Shown in pieces: positions 1 through 10,455 of a stretch of 54,416 nt of DNA. The stretch's first letter is position 1; the number at the start of each line of letters is the position of its first letter. Source of the DNA: an uncultured Gammaproteobacteria bacterium (GTDB lineage Bacteria; Patescibacteriota; Microgenomatia; CAYSOG01). The DNA lies in the NCBI GenBank assembly GCA_964432675.1, contig CAYSOG010000004.1, positions 30,002 through 84,417 on the forward strand. The letters run 5' to 3'. The position numbers were made by a program, and so were the translations under genes. Below the pieces are notes generated by a model, which made no database searches, was not told the origin of the DNA, and worked only from the letters and a program-made list of their open reading frames with translations.

Positions 1-312
1 ATGGCACAGGTTGTTATGTATATGCGTGAGATAGCATACAAGCCGAGCTTTCTGGGAATGTCTCTTTTTAAGCCTACGTCGCATAATAAACCAAAACCCG
101 ACAACGGTGCCATGACATTACTTGCCCTCGCTATTTTCCTATCAACTATTGGGTCGGGCATTATTATTACGGAAGTTAACTATGACACGGTACAACAGAT
201 CTGGCTTACCGTATTAAGCGGAATACTCTTAACCGTTAGTCCGTATGTAGTTGCAATGATATATACAGGGTTACGACGATTAGTCCTGCGGTTACGCAAA
301 GGATTTCGGTAA
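1..312 (+). CDS. Hypothetical small membrane protein (may be truncated at window edge)
   Basis: ORF track; two long hydrophobic segments; hairpin plus T-run terminator follows at 331-358. Confidence 0.4.
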   Translation: MAQVVMYMREIAYKPSFLGMSLFKPTSHNKPKPDNGAMTLLALAIFLSTIGSGIIITEVNYDTVQQIWLTVLSGILLTVSPYVVAMIYTGLRRLVLRLRKGFR

Positions 313-330
313 TATACTGTCACTACTTAT

Positions 331-358
331 AGCCGGGGATTATTCTCCCCGGCTTTTT
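331..358 (+). terminator. Rho-independent terminator
   Basis: AGCCGGGGA / TCCCCGGCT 9-bp stem followed by TTTTT. Confidence 0.7.
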
Positions 359-441
359 CTTTTCTCTCTACAACTTAGTAGGCTACCCCTAAAGTTATTC
401 TTCTTGCAAATCAATTTTTATTTCCTTAGTATAGTATCGTT

Positions 442-1392
442 ATGAAGATAGAAGCAGGCAAACCAACGCCGGTATTTGATTATTCACAAACAGAGCGGTA
501 TACCTTTATGGGTATCGACCAAGATTTTGAAAAATCACGCGTCGTGGTGTTACGTGTGCCATACGACAGTACCACATACGACCAACCCGGTGCGCGGTTT
601 GGGCCACAGCGCATTATTGAAGCAAGCCGCCAGTTGGCGCACTATGACCTCGAATTTGATTGCGAACCGGTCCACGAAATTGGTATTTATACGGCCCCTG
701 AGTTACGGCCGCACAAAGGGTCAGCGTACCTAAATACCAAACGAATAGCTGGTGCAGTTGGTGAAATAATGGACAGTGGCAAGTTCCCTTTCACATTAGG
801 TGGTGAACATTCGATTGCAATCGGCACGATTATGGCCGTAAGTGAACGTGTGCCTGATTTAACAGTCGTCCAAATCGATGCGCATCTTGACCAGTACGAC
901 ATTTTGGAAGACACAAAATATAGCCATGGGTGTGCTATGCGGCGCGTGGTCGATGATTTTGGTTTACCGGTAACGCACATTGGCAGTAGAAGTATTGATA
1001 TCTCTGAGCGCGATTATATTGTTAACAAGAATCTCGAAGGACGGGTCTTTAGCATGCGAAAGTTGCGGCAAATGTCGCCTAGTGAGCAAATTGCCCGTAT
1101 TGTCGAAACCATTCAATCTGAAAATGTTTATATAACGCTCGATATAGATGGCCTTGATATTTGCGATATGCCCGCAACCGGCACGCCGGAGCCAGGCGGA
1201 TTACGTTTTGAGCAAACACTTGAAATTGTCCGTGCCGTTAGCCAACAGAAGCACGTGGTAGGTGCAGAATTAGCAGAATTCTCTCCAATTCCGGGAATGA
1301 CCGCATATGATAAAACAGCCGCCCAATTAGCATATAAAATGATCACTTATGCGCAACTAGCAAAAACTGTTGCACGGCACCCCATGTTGTAA
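442..1392 (+). CDS. speB: Agmatinase (ureohydrolase family)
   Basis: 316 aa; ureohydrolase metal-binding motifs GGEHSIAIG, QIDAHLD, ITLDIDGLD. Confidence 0.85.
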   Translation: MKIEAGKPTPVFDYSQTERYTFMGIDQDFEKSRVVVLRVPYDSTTYDQPGARFGPQRIIEASRQLAHYDLEFDCEPVHEIGIYTAPELRPHKGSAYLNTKRIAGAVGEIMDSGKFPFTLGGEHSIAIGTIMAVSERVPDLTVVQIDAHLDQYDILEDTKYSHGCAMRRVVDDFGLPVTHIGSRSIDISERDYIVNKNLEGRVFSMRKLRQMSPSEQIARIVETIQSENVYITLDIDGLDICDMPATGTPEPGGLRFEQTLEIVRAVSQQKHVVGAELAEFSPIPGMTAYDKTAAQLAYKMITYAQLAKTVARHPML

Positions 1393-1560
1393 ACCAAAAA
1401 AAAGCAACACCATGCAAAACAGGTACATGACAAGTCCGAATAGTCCTATAGTCATTGACAATACACTACTGGCCTTGTATAATAAGCCTTAAATCAACAC
1501 AAGTATTGTGTATAGAGGGATAGCGCTTTAACATCACAGAAAGCCAAAAAAGGATAGAAA

Positions 1561-2580
1561 ATGCTTAAAAGCATGCTTATTGTCCTTATTATACTCGCTT
1601 GTAGTACGGCTGCTTGCACTTCACAAGTCCAAAGGCCTACCCAAAATCGACCTTCCCAAGTAACAGCAACTGGCATGAACATACTGGTGTATTCGAATGA
1701 TGGTGATACAAGTGCCTTCGCTGAAAAGTATGAAAAAGTCATAAAAAGGTTAAAGACTGATGGTATTGTGAGTGTTACCTTAGCATTCCCGATATTCCAA
1801 GATAAAGCGACATCTACCAAGATATATCCCGAGCCGCAGCTAACACCTTCACGAGATAAAATGGCACGTTTTATCGGCATTGCCCATGCAAATGACATGC
1901 CGGTAACACTTTTACCATTAATGGAAAGTAAGGATGGTGCCTGGCGAGGGGATCTTAGGCCCGACAACCAAAAACTTTGGTTCGCAAGCTATATAGAGTC
2001 GATAACGACCTATGCTAAGTTTGCGCAAAGTAATGGTGTTGAAACTCTGAGTATTGGTACCGAAATGCGCTCGCTTGAACCAAACAAGACTGACTGGGAG
2101 TCGGTTATCGCTGTAGCAAGGCAGAATTATGCAGGACGCATTATATATTCAGCTAACTGGGACAGTTACGAAACGGTCCCGTTTTGGGACAAGACGGATG
2201 CCATTGGCATTAATGCTTATTTTCCACTTGCGACGGCAAATGATGCGAGTGTTTCACAAATGGCAGATGCCTGGCATCCATGGATTTCCAAATTATACAG
2301 CTTCCAACAACAGCATAAAGGAAAACCAATTGAGCTTAGCGAAATTGGCGTCGTTTCACAAACAGGCGCCCAACAAGAACCGTGGAATTGGCAACGTAAT
2401 GCGCCAGTAAATCAAACCACTCAGCAGCGTTATTATCAAGCCGCTCTGCAGACATTTTGTGGTGCCGTCCCGAAGATTACGTGGTGGGCGGTTGACCTAA
2501 ATGCCGCAAACTCACAAGATGAGGCCGGATATACACCCCTAAATAAGACAGCAGAGCATTATTTAGTGTGTAGTAAATAG
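1561..2580 (+). CDS. Secreted lipoprotein, putative TIM-barrel (clan GH-A-like) glycoside hydrolase
   Basis: Signal peptide with lipobox LIILAC; SIGTEM and LSEIG as candidate catalytic Glu motifs; family not resolved. Confidence 0.45.
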   Translation: MLKSMLIVLIILACSTAACTSQVQRPTQNRPSQVTATGMNILVYSNDGDTSAFAEKYEKVIKRLKTDGIVSVTLAFPIFQDKATSTKIYPEPQLTPSRDKMARFIGIAHANDMPVTLLPLMESKDGAWRGDLRPDNQKLWFASYIESITTYAKFAQSNGVETLSIGTEMRSLEPNKTDWESVIAVARQNYAGRIIYSANWDSYETVPFWDKTDAIGINAYFPLATANDASVSQMADAWHPWISKLYSFQQQHKGKPIELSEIGVVSQTGAQQEPWNWQRNAPVNQTTQQRYYQAALQTFCGAVPKITWWAVDLNAANSQDEAGYTPLNKTAEHYLVCSK

Positions 2581-2592
2581 CATCAATTCATT

Positions 2593-2622
2593 AGCCCCGA
2601 GAGGTATTCTCGGGGCTTTTTT
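2593..2622 (+). terminator. Rho-independent terminator
   Basis: AGCCCCGAGA / TCTCGGGGCT stem followed by TTTTTT. Confidence 0.75.
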
Positions 2623-2659
2623 CATACTTATTTCTCTATTGACGCCATATTTTACCAAT

Positions 2660-2688
2660 AAAAAGGGGAGGACATTGAGTGTCCTCCC
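2660..2688 (-). terminator. Rho-independent terminator (minus strand)
   Basis: GGGAGGACA / TGTCCTCCC stem with T-run on the minus strand, just downstream of 2696-2923. Confidence 0.7.
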
Positions 2689-2695
2689 GAGTTAA

Positions 2696-2923
2696 TTAGT
2701 ACTGAAATCTGATATGTCGTAACAGCCGAGTGGCAAAACTCGCTTTTGGCCAATGTCTCTTCGAAACTAAACCAGCATATAAAAAGGCTATTAATGACAC
2801 AAGGCCAGTTCCAGGATAGGTAACTACCCATGCAGCATCTTTATGGCCGGTTACAAACAAGACAAATGCCATACCGAAGAGAAAAAATAACGGCAGTACA
2901 AGTACCTTCATGAATTTGTTCAC
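2696..2923 (-). CDS. Small membrane protein
   Basis: 75 aa, two hydrophobic helices; GTGA start/stop overlap with upstream gene 2920-4131. Confidence 0.4.
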   Translation of the reverse strand: MNKFMKVLVLPLFFLFGMAFVLFVTGHKDAAWVVTYPGTGLVSLIAFLYAGLVSKRHWPKASFATRLLRHIRFQY

Positions 2924-4131
2924 GGTTTTCCTTCGTCGTTTGTCGTAACTTCCTGATGCCCATCAAAGATAATCGATAGTACCATGCCAAGTGTCGACCA
3001 ATCAAATTTCGAATGATCTAGTAGGTCGCCAACTTCGACGACGTGGACATATGTTCGCTCGGTATCTTCTTCGTTACCATGGACAGTGCCAAAATCAGCA
3101 ATAAGCTTGTCTATCTCATCATTAGTTAATGCCGCTGAAAACAAATGGGCCTTGTGTGCTGACATCGTAGCACATAATTGCCGTACCTCATGTTGCCGTA
3201 TACGTTCTGGGCTAATGGTCAACCCAACTTCTTCGAAACATTCATCCGCAGCTATTTGGAGCGGATCATGGTCCTCGTTTGGGCTAGAACCACCGGGTAG
3301 CTCCCAAACATAGCCGTCTTCAGTAGACGATGGCGATCTAAACTCTCTGACTAAGACAATCCGACTTTCATGTGCTGTAGCGGAACGATTATAGAGCAAG
3401 ACTGCCGAAATATCAGGCCGTGAAATAACGACTTCATTCGTCTTATGTCTTTTCTCACTTGCGATATACATGTCCACTTGCAATGCCCAAAAAAATACAA
3501 TCTGGCGATTAGCACCGACACGAAATGTCCAGACAACACGTGCACCATTGAGCTTATTACCAGCCTGCCTTTGCGCTTTGTACCAGCTCTGAAAATGCGG
3601 CGTTTGCCAAACAAGCAACGGCACCTCACATTCGCCGTCTTGTCGCATGCTGCCATTGCCAATTTTTGTTACCGCCAAACGTAGCGTATCTTCTAAATTT
3701 TCAGCTGTTTTAATCTCTAGTTTTTTGGCGTAGTAACGCAAATATGCCGTCTTTGGCGCGTCGATGGGTGCTCCAAAAACGACTTTACCAGAATTCTGCC
3801 AAACACCCCATTCGATATTGGTAGTATATGCTGGCATAGTGGTCAATTCCCTGGGAACCCAAAAAGCAATACAGTCTGCCATGTTAAGGCATTTTTCTTC
3901 CCATTCGATTTGGGCGTCGTATTCTGGTTGCCATTTACCATCTCTTGGTTCAGGAACAAATACGACACCAGTATACTCAAGCGATTGGAGAATATTTAGC
4001 GCTTCTGTTCGCCAATTTAAACCACTTGCATCGCGGGCGGTGGGGCCAGCCAGAAATAGGCTTTTTGCAAACATACCTGGCGTTTCTTCGCCAGCATAGA
4101 CAATTTGCAAGGCTTCGTTCTCCTTCTTCAC
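2920..4131 (-). CDS. Nucleoside 2-deoxyribosyltransferase-like domain fused to a Nudix hydrolase domain
   Basis: N-terminus LFLAGPT...VVFVPEPR...IAFWVPR resembles deoxyribosyltransferase-like family; C-terminus has a Nudix-box-like GGSSPNE...DECFEEVGL. Confidence 0.65.
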   Translation of the reverse strand: MKKENEALQIVYAGEETPGMFAKSLFLAGPTARDASGLNWRTEALNILQSLEYTGVVFVPEPRDGKWQPEYDAQIEWEEKCLNMADCIAFWVPRELTTMPAYTTNIEWGVWQNSGKVVFGAPIDAPKTAYLRYYAKKLEIKTAENLEDTLRLAVTKIGNGSMRQDGECEVPLLVWQTPHFQSWYKAQRQAGNKLNGARVVWTFRVGANRQIVFFWALQVDMYIASEKRHKTNEVVISRPDISAVLLYNRSATAHESRIVLVREFRSPSSTEDGYVWELPGGSSPNEDHDPLQIAADECFEEVGLTISPERIRQHEVRQLCATMSAHKAHLFSAALTNDEIDKLIADFGTVHGNEEDTERTYVHVVEVGDLLDHSKFDWSTLGMVLSIIFDGHQEVTTNDEGKP

Positions 4132-4250
4132 TATAATGTGCTATCTAACCTTTGCCGATTAGATTTAGCAGTATAGCACTTATAAAATATATTATCAACA
4201 CTATGGGTTATAATGGATAGGAGAAGTAAAAAAGTAAAGGAAATGATTAG

Positions 4251-7200
4251 CTAGTTCTTGGTAATTGTCCAGTTGATTTCGGTTGCATCCCAGGCATAAG
4301 AGCCATCGGGATCAACAGCGAAATAGATCTTGTCACCCGCATTTAGGGTACCAAGAGGATACGTGTTTGCATCATTAACCCAGGCTGTTGAAGTAGCCTG
4401 CAAATTATCGAGAAGAACCTTCTGCGTACTAAATACCTTTAGCCGTACACTTTGGGCTGTATCAACGTTAACCCGTCGAACGCCAAGGTTTGAAACTGTG
4501 TAGTTACCCGACACCGGAACGGTAAAGGCTGCCACTGTCGTATGGGCACTGTTCGGTGGGTGCATCTGTAGGTCAAACACACCGGTGGGTGAGGGCGTAT
4601 TTGTTTCACCACTATCTACTCCGCGACCGATCGTGCTTTTGCCTGCATATGGGTAGGTCCATCCTGCAGCTTCCGCCCAGTAGTTTTGGACATTATTAAA
4701 TGCCTGCGGATGTACAATCGCATTAAATATTGAGAAAATTGTCCCTTGGTCGACGCCACCATCATTAGCTGATTCATAGAAACTTAGTTGAGCTGGCTGT
4801 GTACCACTTGTATCTTGCACAGTAGCTTGTGGTGATCCGGATTGCGTTTGGGTTGCATAAGAATTCCAGGTAACAGCAGACGCCTGGCGCGGCGTATAGG
4901 TAGCTGTTAAATTGATTGGATTACTGTCGGGTGCAGTAATTTGGTGCGTCTGGGCACCACCATCAGACCAAGAAGTGAAGTCATAGGTAATACCATTAAC
5001 AGTTTGCGGCGTTGGTGCAGAAACATTGGTAGCACCTTTCACAATTATTTGGCGGCTAAATGGTGCCGTACCGGGTTCAGAGTAAAAGATCAATTGGAGG
5101 CCAGGTTGATTTGCCGAGAGGTTAACGGTTGTCGTTTGCGGCTGTAAATTAACTGATTGCGTATTTGATAATTGCGTTGCCTCATCAACAGCATATGAAA
5201 TAAAGTTGTCCTTGGTGGATTTATATTGTGCCAAAAGCCAGTTAGCTGAACGTGCAACAGTGGCTAATGACACGTCATCAACATTACCCTTAAAGTATTC
5301 TGCCACCGCTGCCGCGCCACCCATCCAGAGATCACCGGTACCATTTGCTGCGACTGCAACACCATTGGCTACTTGCACACCATCGATATATAAATATCGT
5401 TTACCAGCAGTACCGTCTTGAACGATAGTTGCTTGGTGCCAACCGGTTGTGGCAACCGGACCAACAATGTTCGAGGATCCGCCAAAAACCCATTTATTGT
5501 TCGGATCAAGCCAAATACCGTACCAAGGTGACTTATCACGCGACTTAGTTACGACACCTTGCCATTTGTTTTGCAGCGCCGGAATATTAACCCAAGACGA
5601 AAGCGTATAGCTTTGGGTCTTCGAAAATCCAATATCGGCACTTGCCGTGACGACTGCATGTCCACTTGTGCCATTTAGCCCAAGGCTATTTGCTATTTGG
5701 CCTAAAATAAACGTTCCACCGACATTTGTGCCATTTTTTGCATTAACGGTACTATCCGAAATATCAGCATTTAGATGCCAAACGGCTTTGTAGTTATTTG
5801 ACCAAACATCAGCTTTATTCTGGGCCGCTGCGGCATTTGGGTTACCGTAGTATAGATAGATATAATCGGTACCTGAACCTGCACTAATCTTTGGTACTTT
5901 CACCCATACATAAGAAGTACCGCTTGGGTTAAAACTTTCAATTTCATACGAAAGAAGCGTGTTTGTACTGTCAGTAAATCGCAAGTCTGAGCCATCTGGC
6001 TTCATCTTTGAGTAATCGACTTTTGTTGAATCGAGTTTTATTAAAACTGGAAAATTAGTGAGGTCTTCAGTTGAAGCAGCATTATTAAAGGTAAGCTTAT
6101 CTCGCTTCGTCCAGCTGGCATTGTACCAGTTAGCCGGTTGCGCACTTTCGGTTGCCGTTAAGTCAATTTCAAGATAGGAAGGATATTCGTGGTCTGGTGC
6201 CGTAAAAACGCCACCCTCTACACCCGTAAAATTCTGTAGGAAATGGACGTGGCAATTGCTTGGATCAGCTACAAAACAATGGTGCAATAAGATTTGCCAA
6301 CTCAGGTCAGATGCCGGCAACTTATTATTATTTGAGTCAAGGGCTTGGCCTGCAAAATTTATTTGGTCACCAACCTTGTAGGTTAAGCTCGATTGTGGTG
6401 TTGTAATACTGGCAACTGGTGCGGTTCCGACTGCGATTGTTAGCCCAGCAAATGACGAGGCACCATGATTATCGGTTACTTTTAGTGAAACATTGTAAAC
6501 ACCTTTGGCCGTATATGTGTATTGTGGTGTAGCATTTGTCGCATCGCCATAGGTACCATCACCGTTTAAATCCCAAGAATAGGTTAAAGTGTCACCGGGG
6601 TCTGGGTCAGATGAAGTCGCTCCAGAAAAATGGACGGTTAGTGGTGGTTGGCCACTTGATACGTCAGCCGTTGCAACTGCTTTTGGCGGCGTATTGTTAC
6701 TAAAGTACTGGATGCGATGAATAGAATTACTGATTAAGTTAGCGTAGAAAATATCGCCATTAGGCCCGACTTGCAGGTCAACAGGGTTAATGCCAGTTTC
6801 GAAGGTTAGAATGTTATTCGGGTCTGGTAGCCCATTGGAGCCCGGGAACATCACTTTTAGCCACGCAGCGGAATAGTCTGCAAAAAACAAAGCGTTATTG
6901 TATGTTTGTGGATAGGTACTGCCAATGTAAAAGGCGACACCAGTAGTGGACGATGTGCCTTGGTGGATATACGTGTAGTATGGTGGAGTTGCCGTGCCGA
7001 GATTATATAAGCTCGTACATAATGGTAAGTTTGCTGATTGGTAACCAGGTTGTGGCCCATTACCTTCATAACAAGGCCAACCGTAGTTGGGAATAGGTAA
7101 GGTTTTTGGGTTAGCAATGCGATTAATCTCTTCCCAAGTGTTATAGCCTACATCACCAACCCAAAGCTCATTTGTGCCGGGGCGAATAGTAAACCTGAAT

Positions 7201-8051
7201 GGGTTTCTGAAACCATGGGCAATAATGCGGTCATCATCAGTGCGGCTGCCGCCATAGAGTGGATTGTCTGGTAGGGCATTTCCTGTAGCCGGGTCAACTC
7301 GAAGAACACTGCCGCCCAATACAACTGGTTCACCAGCCGCACGACGCACCGACTGGCTGCGCAGCGCCCCACCTTCGTTTACCGGGTCATTACAAGGGTT
7401 TCCACCCAGCTGGCCCCAGTCTTCCTGATTAAAGTTAGCGCCTTCACCACCGCTAATATAGAGTGCCCCATCTGGCCCAAACATTAGGTTACCGATTGAA
7501 TGACTTGGATATTGTTGGCACCAATCACTAATTAAAACTTGCTCTTGGGTCATGACGTTGCTTGCGTTAAGGGTTAATTTCGATACACGGTTATAAACCA
7601 AACAGCCATTCCCATTTGGGTCTGAACACGCATCGTTCCAGTAGGGTGCAGTTTTACCTGGTGGAGCGTCGTAGGTGTAGCCAATATAAATATATGGTTT
7701 TGCGGGAAATCCAGGATCAATTGCCAGACCTAGTAGTCCTCGGTCCCAGTAGTTCATGACTTCTGGGGTAAGGTCTGCTACTTTCACGGGGTTTGTATCG
7801 GAAAGGGAAGCATATCGGTAAATGGTACCTTCCTTTTGGGCGATGAAAATACTGCCGTCGGGAGCAAACCGCACTGCTGTTGGACCATTTAAGTTACTTA
7901 TGACAGCTGTATCAGTAAAACCTTGGGGTACCTGAACTTGTGCTGTTGCAGCAGCTGCTTGCTGTGGTTGCAAAGGCGCCAAGACTGCAAACAGCAACGC
8001 CAAACTGGCTAAGAATTTTATTATGTTGTGCCTAAATGGATGTAATATCAC
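4251..8051 (-). CDS. Large secreted multidomain protein: PQQ-dependent sugar (glucose/sorbosone) dehydrogenase-like beta-propeller + PKD + DUF2341 + LamG/concanavalin-like domains
   Basis: 1266 aa; signal peptide; GLLGLAIDPGF and HGFRNPFRF propeller motifs; PKD-like PLTVHFSGATSSDPDPGDTLTYSWDLNGDG; DUF2341-like FPVLIKLDSTKVDYSKMKPDGSDLRF; LamG-like region after it. Confidence 0.7.
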   Translation of the reverse strand: MILHPFRHNIIKFLASLALLFAVLAPLQPQQAAAATAQVQVPQGFTDTAVISNLNGPTAVRFAPDGSIFIAQKEGTIYRYASLSDTNPVKVADLTPEVMNYWDRGLLGLAIDPGFPAKPYIYIGYTYDAPPGKTAPYWNDACSDPNGNGCLVYNRVSKLTLNASNVMTQEQVLISDWCQQYPSHSIGNLMFGPDGALYISGGEGANFNQEDWGQLGGNPCNDPVNEGGALRSQSVRRAAGEPVVLGGSVLRVDPATGNALPDNPLYGGSRTDDDRIIAHGFRNPFRFTIRPGTNELWVGDVGYNTWEEINRIANPKTLPIPNYGWPCYEGNGPQPGYQSANLPLCTSLYNLGTATPPYYTYIHQGTSSTTGVAFYIGSTYPQTYNNALFFADYSAAWLKVMFPGSNGLPDPNNILTFETGINPVDLQVGPNGDIFYANLISNSIHRIQYFSNNTPPKAVATADVSSGQPPLTVHFSGATSSDPDPGDTLTYSWDLNGDGTYGDATNATPQYTYTAKGVYNVSLKVTDNHGASSFAGLTIAVGTAPVASITTPQSSLTYKVGDQINFAGQALDSNNNKLPASDLSWQILLHHCFVADPSNCHVHFLQNFTGVEGGVFTAPDHEYPSYLEIDLTATESAQPANWYNASWTKRDKLTFNNAASTEDLTNFPVLIKLDSTKVDYSKMKPDGSDLRFTDSTNTLLSYEIESFNPSGTSYVWVKVPKISAGSGTDYIYLYYGNPNAAAAQNKADVWSNNYKAVWHLNADISDSTVNAKNGTNVGGTFILGQIANSLGLNGTSGHAVVTASADIGFSKTQSYTLSSWVNIPALQNKWQGVVTKSRDKSPWYGIWLDPNNKWVFGGSSNIVGPVATTGWHQATIVQDGTAGKRYLYIDGVQVANGVAVAANGTGDLWMGGAAAVAEYFKGNVDDVSLATVARSANWLLAQYKSTKDNFISYAVDEATQLSNTQSVNLQPQTTTVNLSANQPGLQLIFYSEPGTAPFSRQIIVKGATNVSAPTPQTVNGITYDFTSWSDGGAQTHQITAPDSNPINLTATYTPRQASAVTWNSYATQTQSGSPQATVQDTSGTQPAQLSFYESANDGGVDQGTIFSIFNAIVHPQAFNNVQNYWAEAAGWTYPYAGKSTIGRGVDSGETNTPSPTGVFDLQMHPPNSAHTTVAAFTVPVSGNYTVSNLGVRRVNVDTAQSVRLKVFSTQKVLLDNLQATSTAWVNDANTYPLGTLNAGDKIYFAVDPDGSYAWDATEINWTITKN

Positions 8052-8119
8052 AGCCTATAAAGAATACATCAGATACGAGTGAATTGCAATGCCGAAACAA
8101 GCATGGCTTTATTGCCAAT

Positions 8120-8149
8120 AAAAAAGCCCTAAGAGTTTTTCTTAGGGCT
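8120..8149 (-). terminator. Rho-independent terminator (minus strand, A/T runs on both sides)
   Basis: AGCCCTAAG / CTTAGGGCT stem flanked by A-run (plus) = T-run (minus). Confidence 0.65.
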
Positions 8150-8166
8150 AATAGGAGTTAATATTA

Positions 8167-8421
8167 CTACGACACACTTGCTTGGCGTACAAACATGATA
8201 ATGATTGCCAACAGGCTACAGATATATATGCCAGCAATGATAGCGAGAGTATTCTTCTTTGATACCCTCCTTTCAGTGGCCGGTATTTTACTGAAGTCGG
8301 TATAAAGATAGATCAAGGCAAAAATTGCCAACATAACAGCACTCAGTATTATCTTAGATAATGTACTAGTAAACTCGTAATGCATTACCGTGGATAATGC
8401 CGATCCAAGTTGCAGCAGCAA
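8167..8421 (-). CDS. Small membrane protein
   Basis: 84 aa with two hydrophobic helices; own terminator at 8120-8149. Confidence 0.4.
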   Translation of the reverse strand: MLLQLGSALSTVMHYEFTSTLSKIILSAVMLAIFALIYLYTDFSKIPATERRVSKKNTLAIIAGIYICSLLAIIIMFVRQASVS

Positions 8422-8483
8422 TTAAGCTATCCTTTCTAGCGTAAACACGCTAATGAAAGTTCAAATAGGCAATGTGCGAGTAA

Positions 8484-10097
8484 TTACGTAATTGGATGCT
8501 TCAGGGTTTGCTGCAATTGGCTCACATGCTCTTCGGTATAATCGAAGATCTTTTGCGAGTCAACATACGATTGCCGTGTCCTAAACCTGGCATACGTGTT
8601 ACCATCAGCGCGGTCTTCAATAATAATTTGCGCCGCTTCAAGCAAACCGCAATGGTGGCCGCCTTTAACACCAGCGAGCTGTTCCTGATAGGCGCCCACC
8701 CCTAAAATTATGAGATAGGTGAGCGTATCACTATCAGGCATAAGCACTTTATGGGCATCATTTGCTTTCGTCGGGTAGCGGCCATCAGAATCGCAGGTCA
8801 GGTCACCAAGTCGAACTTCTTTCGTATTGGCATTCGCGTTATTAACCGCGATAATACTGAAGTTTTTCTGGGTAATAAGCATATCAGGAATTGCTTCCAT
8901 CAAGCTGCCGTCAATAAGCGCCCAAGTTTCAGCATTGCCTGATTGGCTTTCGCTATTCTGCTTTTGCTGTAAAATGTCAAAAGCGTAAAATCCAGATTCC
9001 GCTGCAACGTAGCTGCCTAATTCAAAAACAATACTAGGTTCAGGAACTTGGGCGGCGGCGGCTTTTTCTTTAACAATTGTAAGTAATTGCGTTATTAAGC
9101 CTGCGTGATCATAATTTTCGCTAAATGGGGGAATACCGCCACCAATGTTAAGAGACCGTAAACTCGGGTATTTCTTTGCTAATGCAATATATTTATCAAC
9201 AGCCAAGCTTAAGTAGGTAACAAATTCATCGCGTTCAATAGTTTCAGCTGCACCTACCATAGCGTGGAGCATCGTCAACGTTAAATTTTCAGATTGTTCA
9301 ATTTTGGCCGCACTCTCTTGTATTTCTTCCCAAGTCATGCCAAAACGAGAGACAAGCTTGGCAAGGTCTTCATCGTTAGCTGCCCGACCAAATTTCATGC
9401 GAAGGCCAACTTCCATTTGTGGGCTATTTTCAAGAAAATATTCAAGTTCGCCAACGTCCAAAATAGGAGTAATTTTATAACCATCCTGCTTTAAATGAAG
9501 AATTTTTTCAGCGTAGGAATGGCCGTAGCGAACAGCATAACCATCAGATTGCTGCTCAAAGATAACAGTTTCCTTAGCTGGCAAGGCTTGTTCGCGCGCA
9601 GTATCCCATCGGTTATCAGGTGGCAATTTAAAGCCATTACAAATGATCGCAAGCTTGGCTTTATCAACCAAGCCATTTTCGGTTAAAAATCGAATATCGT
9701 CGAGGTCTTGCCTGCTGCTCGTTTCAATATTCCAACCAGAACGCAATGCTGCATGAACAACTTCTGAAGAACGATTCGCTTTACCAGCATAAAAATACCC
9801 GAAACCGCCTTTATAACCAACAGCTTCGGCAACCTGGGTGGTTAAATCAACCCATTGTTGGCATCGCAGTTCAATAATATTGGTGTCAGTAATTGTTAAT
9901 GGCGTTCCTTCGCGGTCAGCCGAAGCGACTTTTGCAATGGCGTCAATGACCCGAAGGTTGTTAATCCAAAGATTGCCTTCATCATCATACGACAAATAGT
10001 CTTTTACGCGGCTACCATCAAGTTGAGCTTCAATAAGCGACCGATAACTAGTATCTGTTGGGTTTTCTAATTTTTTTCCAGCTTCAATATTATTCAT
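8484..10097 (-). CDS. speA: PLP-dependent arginine decarboxylase (Orn/DAP/Arg decarboxylase family 2)
   Basis: 537 aa; PLP-lysine motif FYAGKAN, NIGGGIP glycine-rich motif; agmatinase present in same window. Confidence 0.75.
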   Translation of the reverse strand: MNNIEAGKKLENPTDTSYRSLIEAQLDGSRVKDYLSYDDEGNLWINNLRVIDAIAKVASADREGTPLTITDTNIIELRCQQWVDLTTQVAEAVGYKGGFGYFYAGKANRSSEVVHAALRSGWNIETSSRQDLDDIRFLTENGLVDKAKLAIICNGFKLPPDNRWDTAREQALPAKETVIFEQQSDGYAVRYGHSYAEKILHLKQDGYKITPILDVGELEYFLENSPQMEVGLRMKFGRAANDEDLAKLVSRFGMTWEEIQESAAKIEQSENLTLTMLHAMVGAAETIERDEFVTYLSLAVDKYIALAKKYPSLRSLNIGGGIPPFSENYDHAGLITQLLTIVKEKAAAAQVPEPSIVFELGSYVAAESGFYAFDILQQKQNSESQSGNAETWALIDGSLMEAIPDMLITQKNFSIIAVNNANANTKEVRLGDLTCDSDGRYPTKANDAHKVLMPDSDTLTYLIILGVGAYQEQLAGVKGGHHCGLLEAAQIIIEDRADGNTYARFRTRQSYVDSQKIFDYTEEHVSQLQQTLKHPIT

Positions 10098-10195
10098 ATT
10101 ATAAGTCTAATTAACTAGCCATGTATTATAACATAAATATGCGTAATTGGCAATTTATATGCAGATATCGATAATTACTATATAACACTTTAGCC

Positions 10196-10224
10196 TTGCA
10201 ATTTCTTTTTGAATAGTGTATCAT
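10196..10224 (+). promoter_or_regulatory. Sigma70-type promoter (TTGCAA-17-TGtTATCAT)
   Basis: TTGCAA at 10196-10201, 17-nt spacer, extended -10 TG-TATCAT at 10217-10224; implies a ~225-nt leader before 10456. Confidence 0.5.
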
Positions 10225-10455
10225 ACTCGCTGTAGCTTTCCGAAAAGTGGGAAGAACCAAAATAATCGGTACTGTGATGTTTGCTCTTGTTACTTAACCC
10301 ACAGGACTAGACCGTACCTTAATAATTTGAATTCCTAATTTCAGATGGCAATTACCATGTTTGCGAGAACAAATGGAAAGGAGTTGGCACAAAGCTAATT
10401 ACGAAGCCGCGGTATTTACCTATCAAGCCAAAAACAAGAAGGAGAACACACCATC

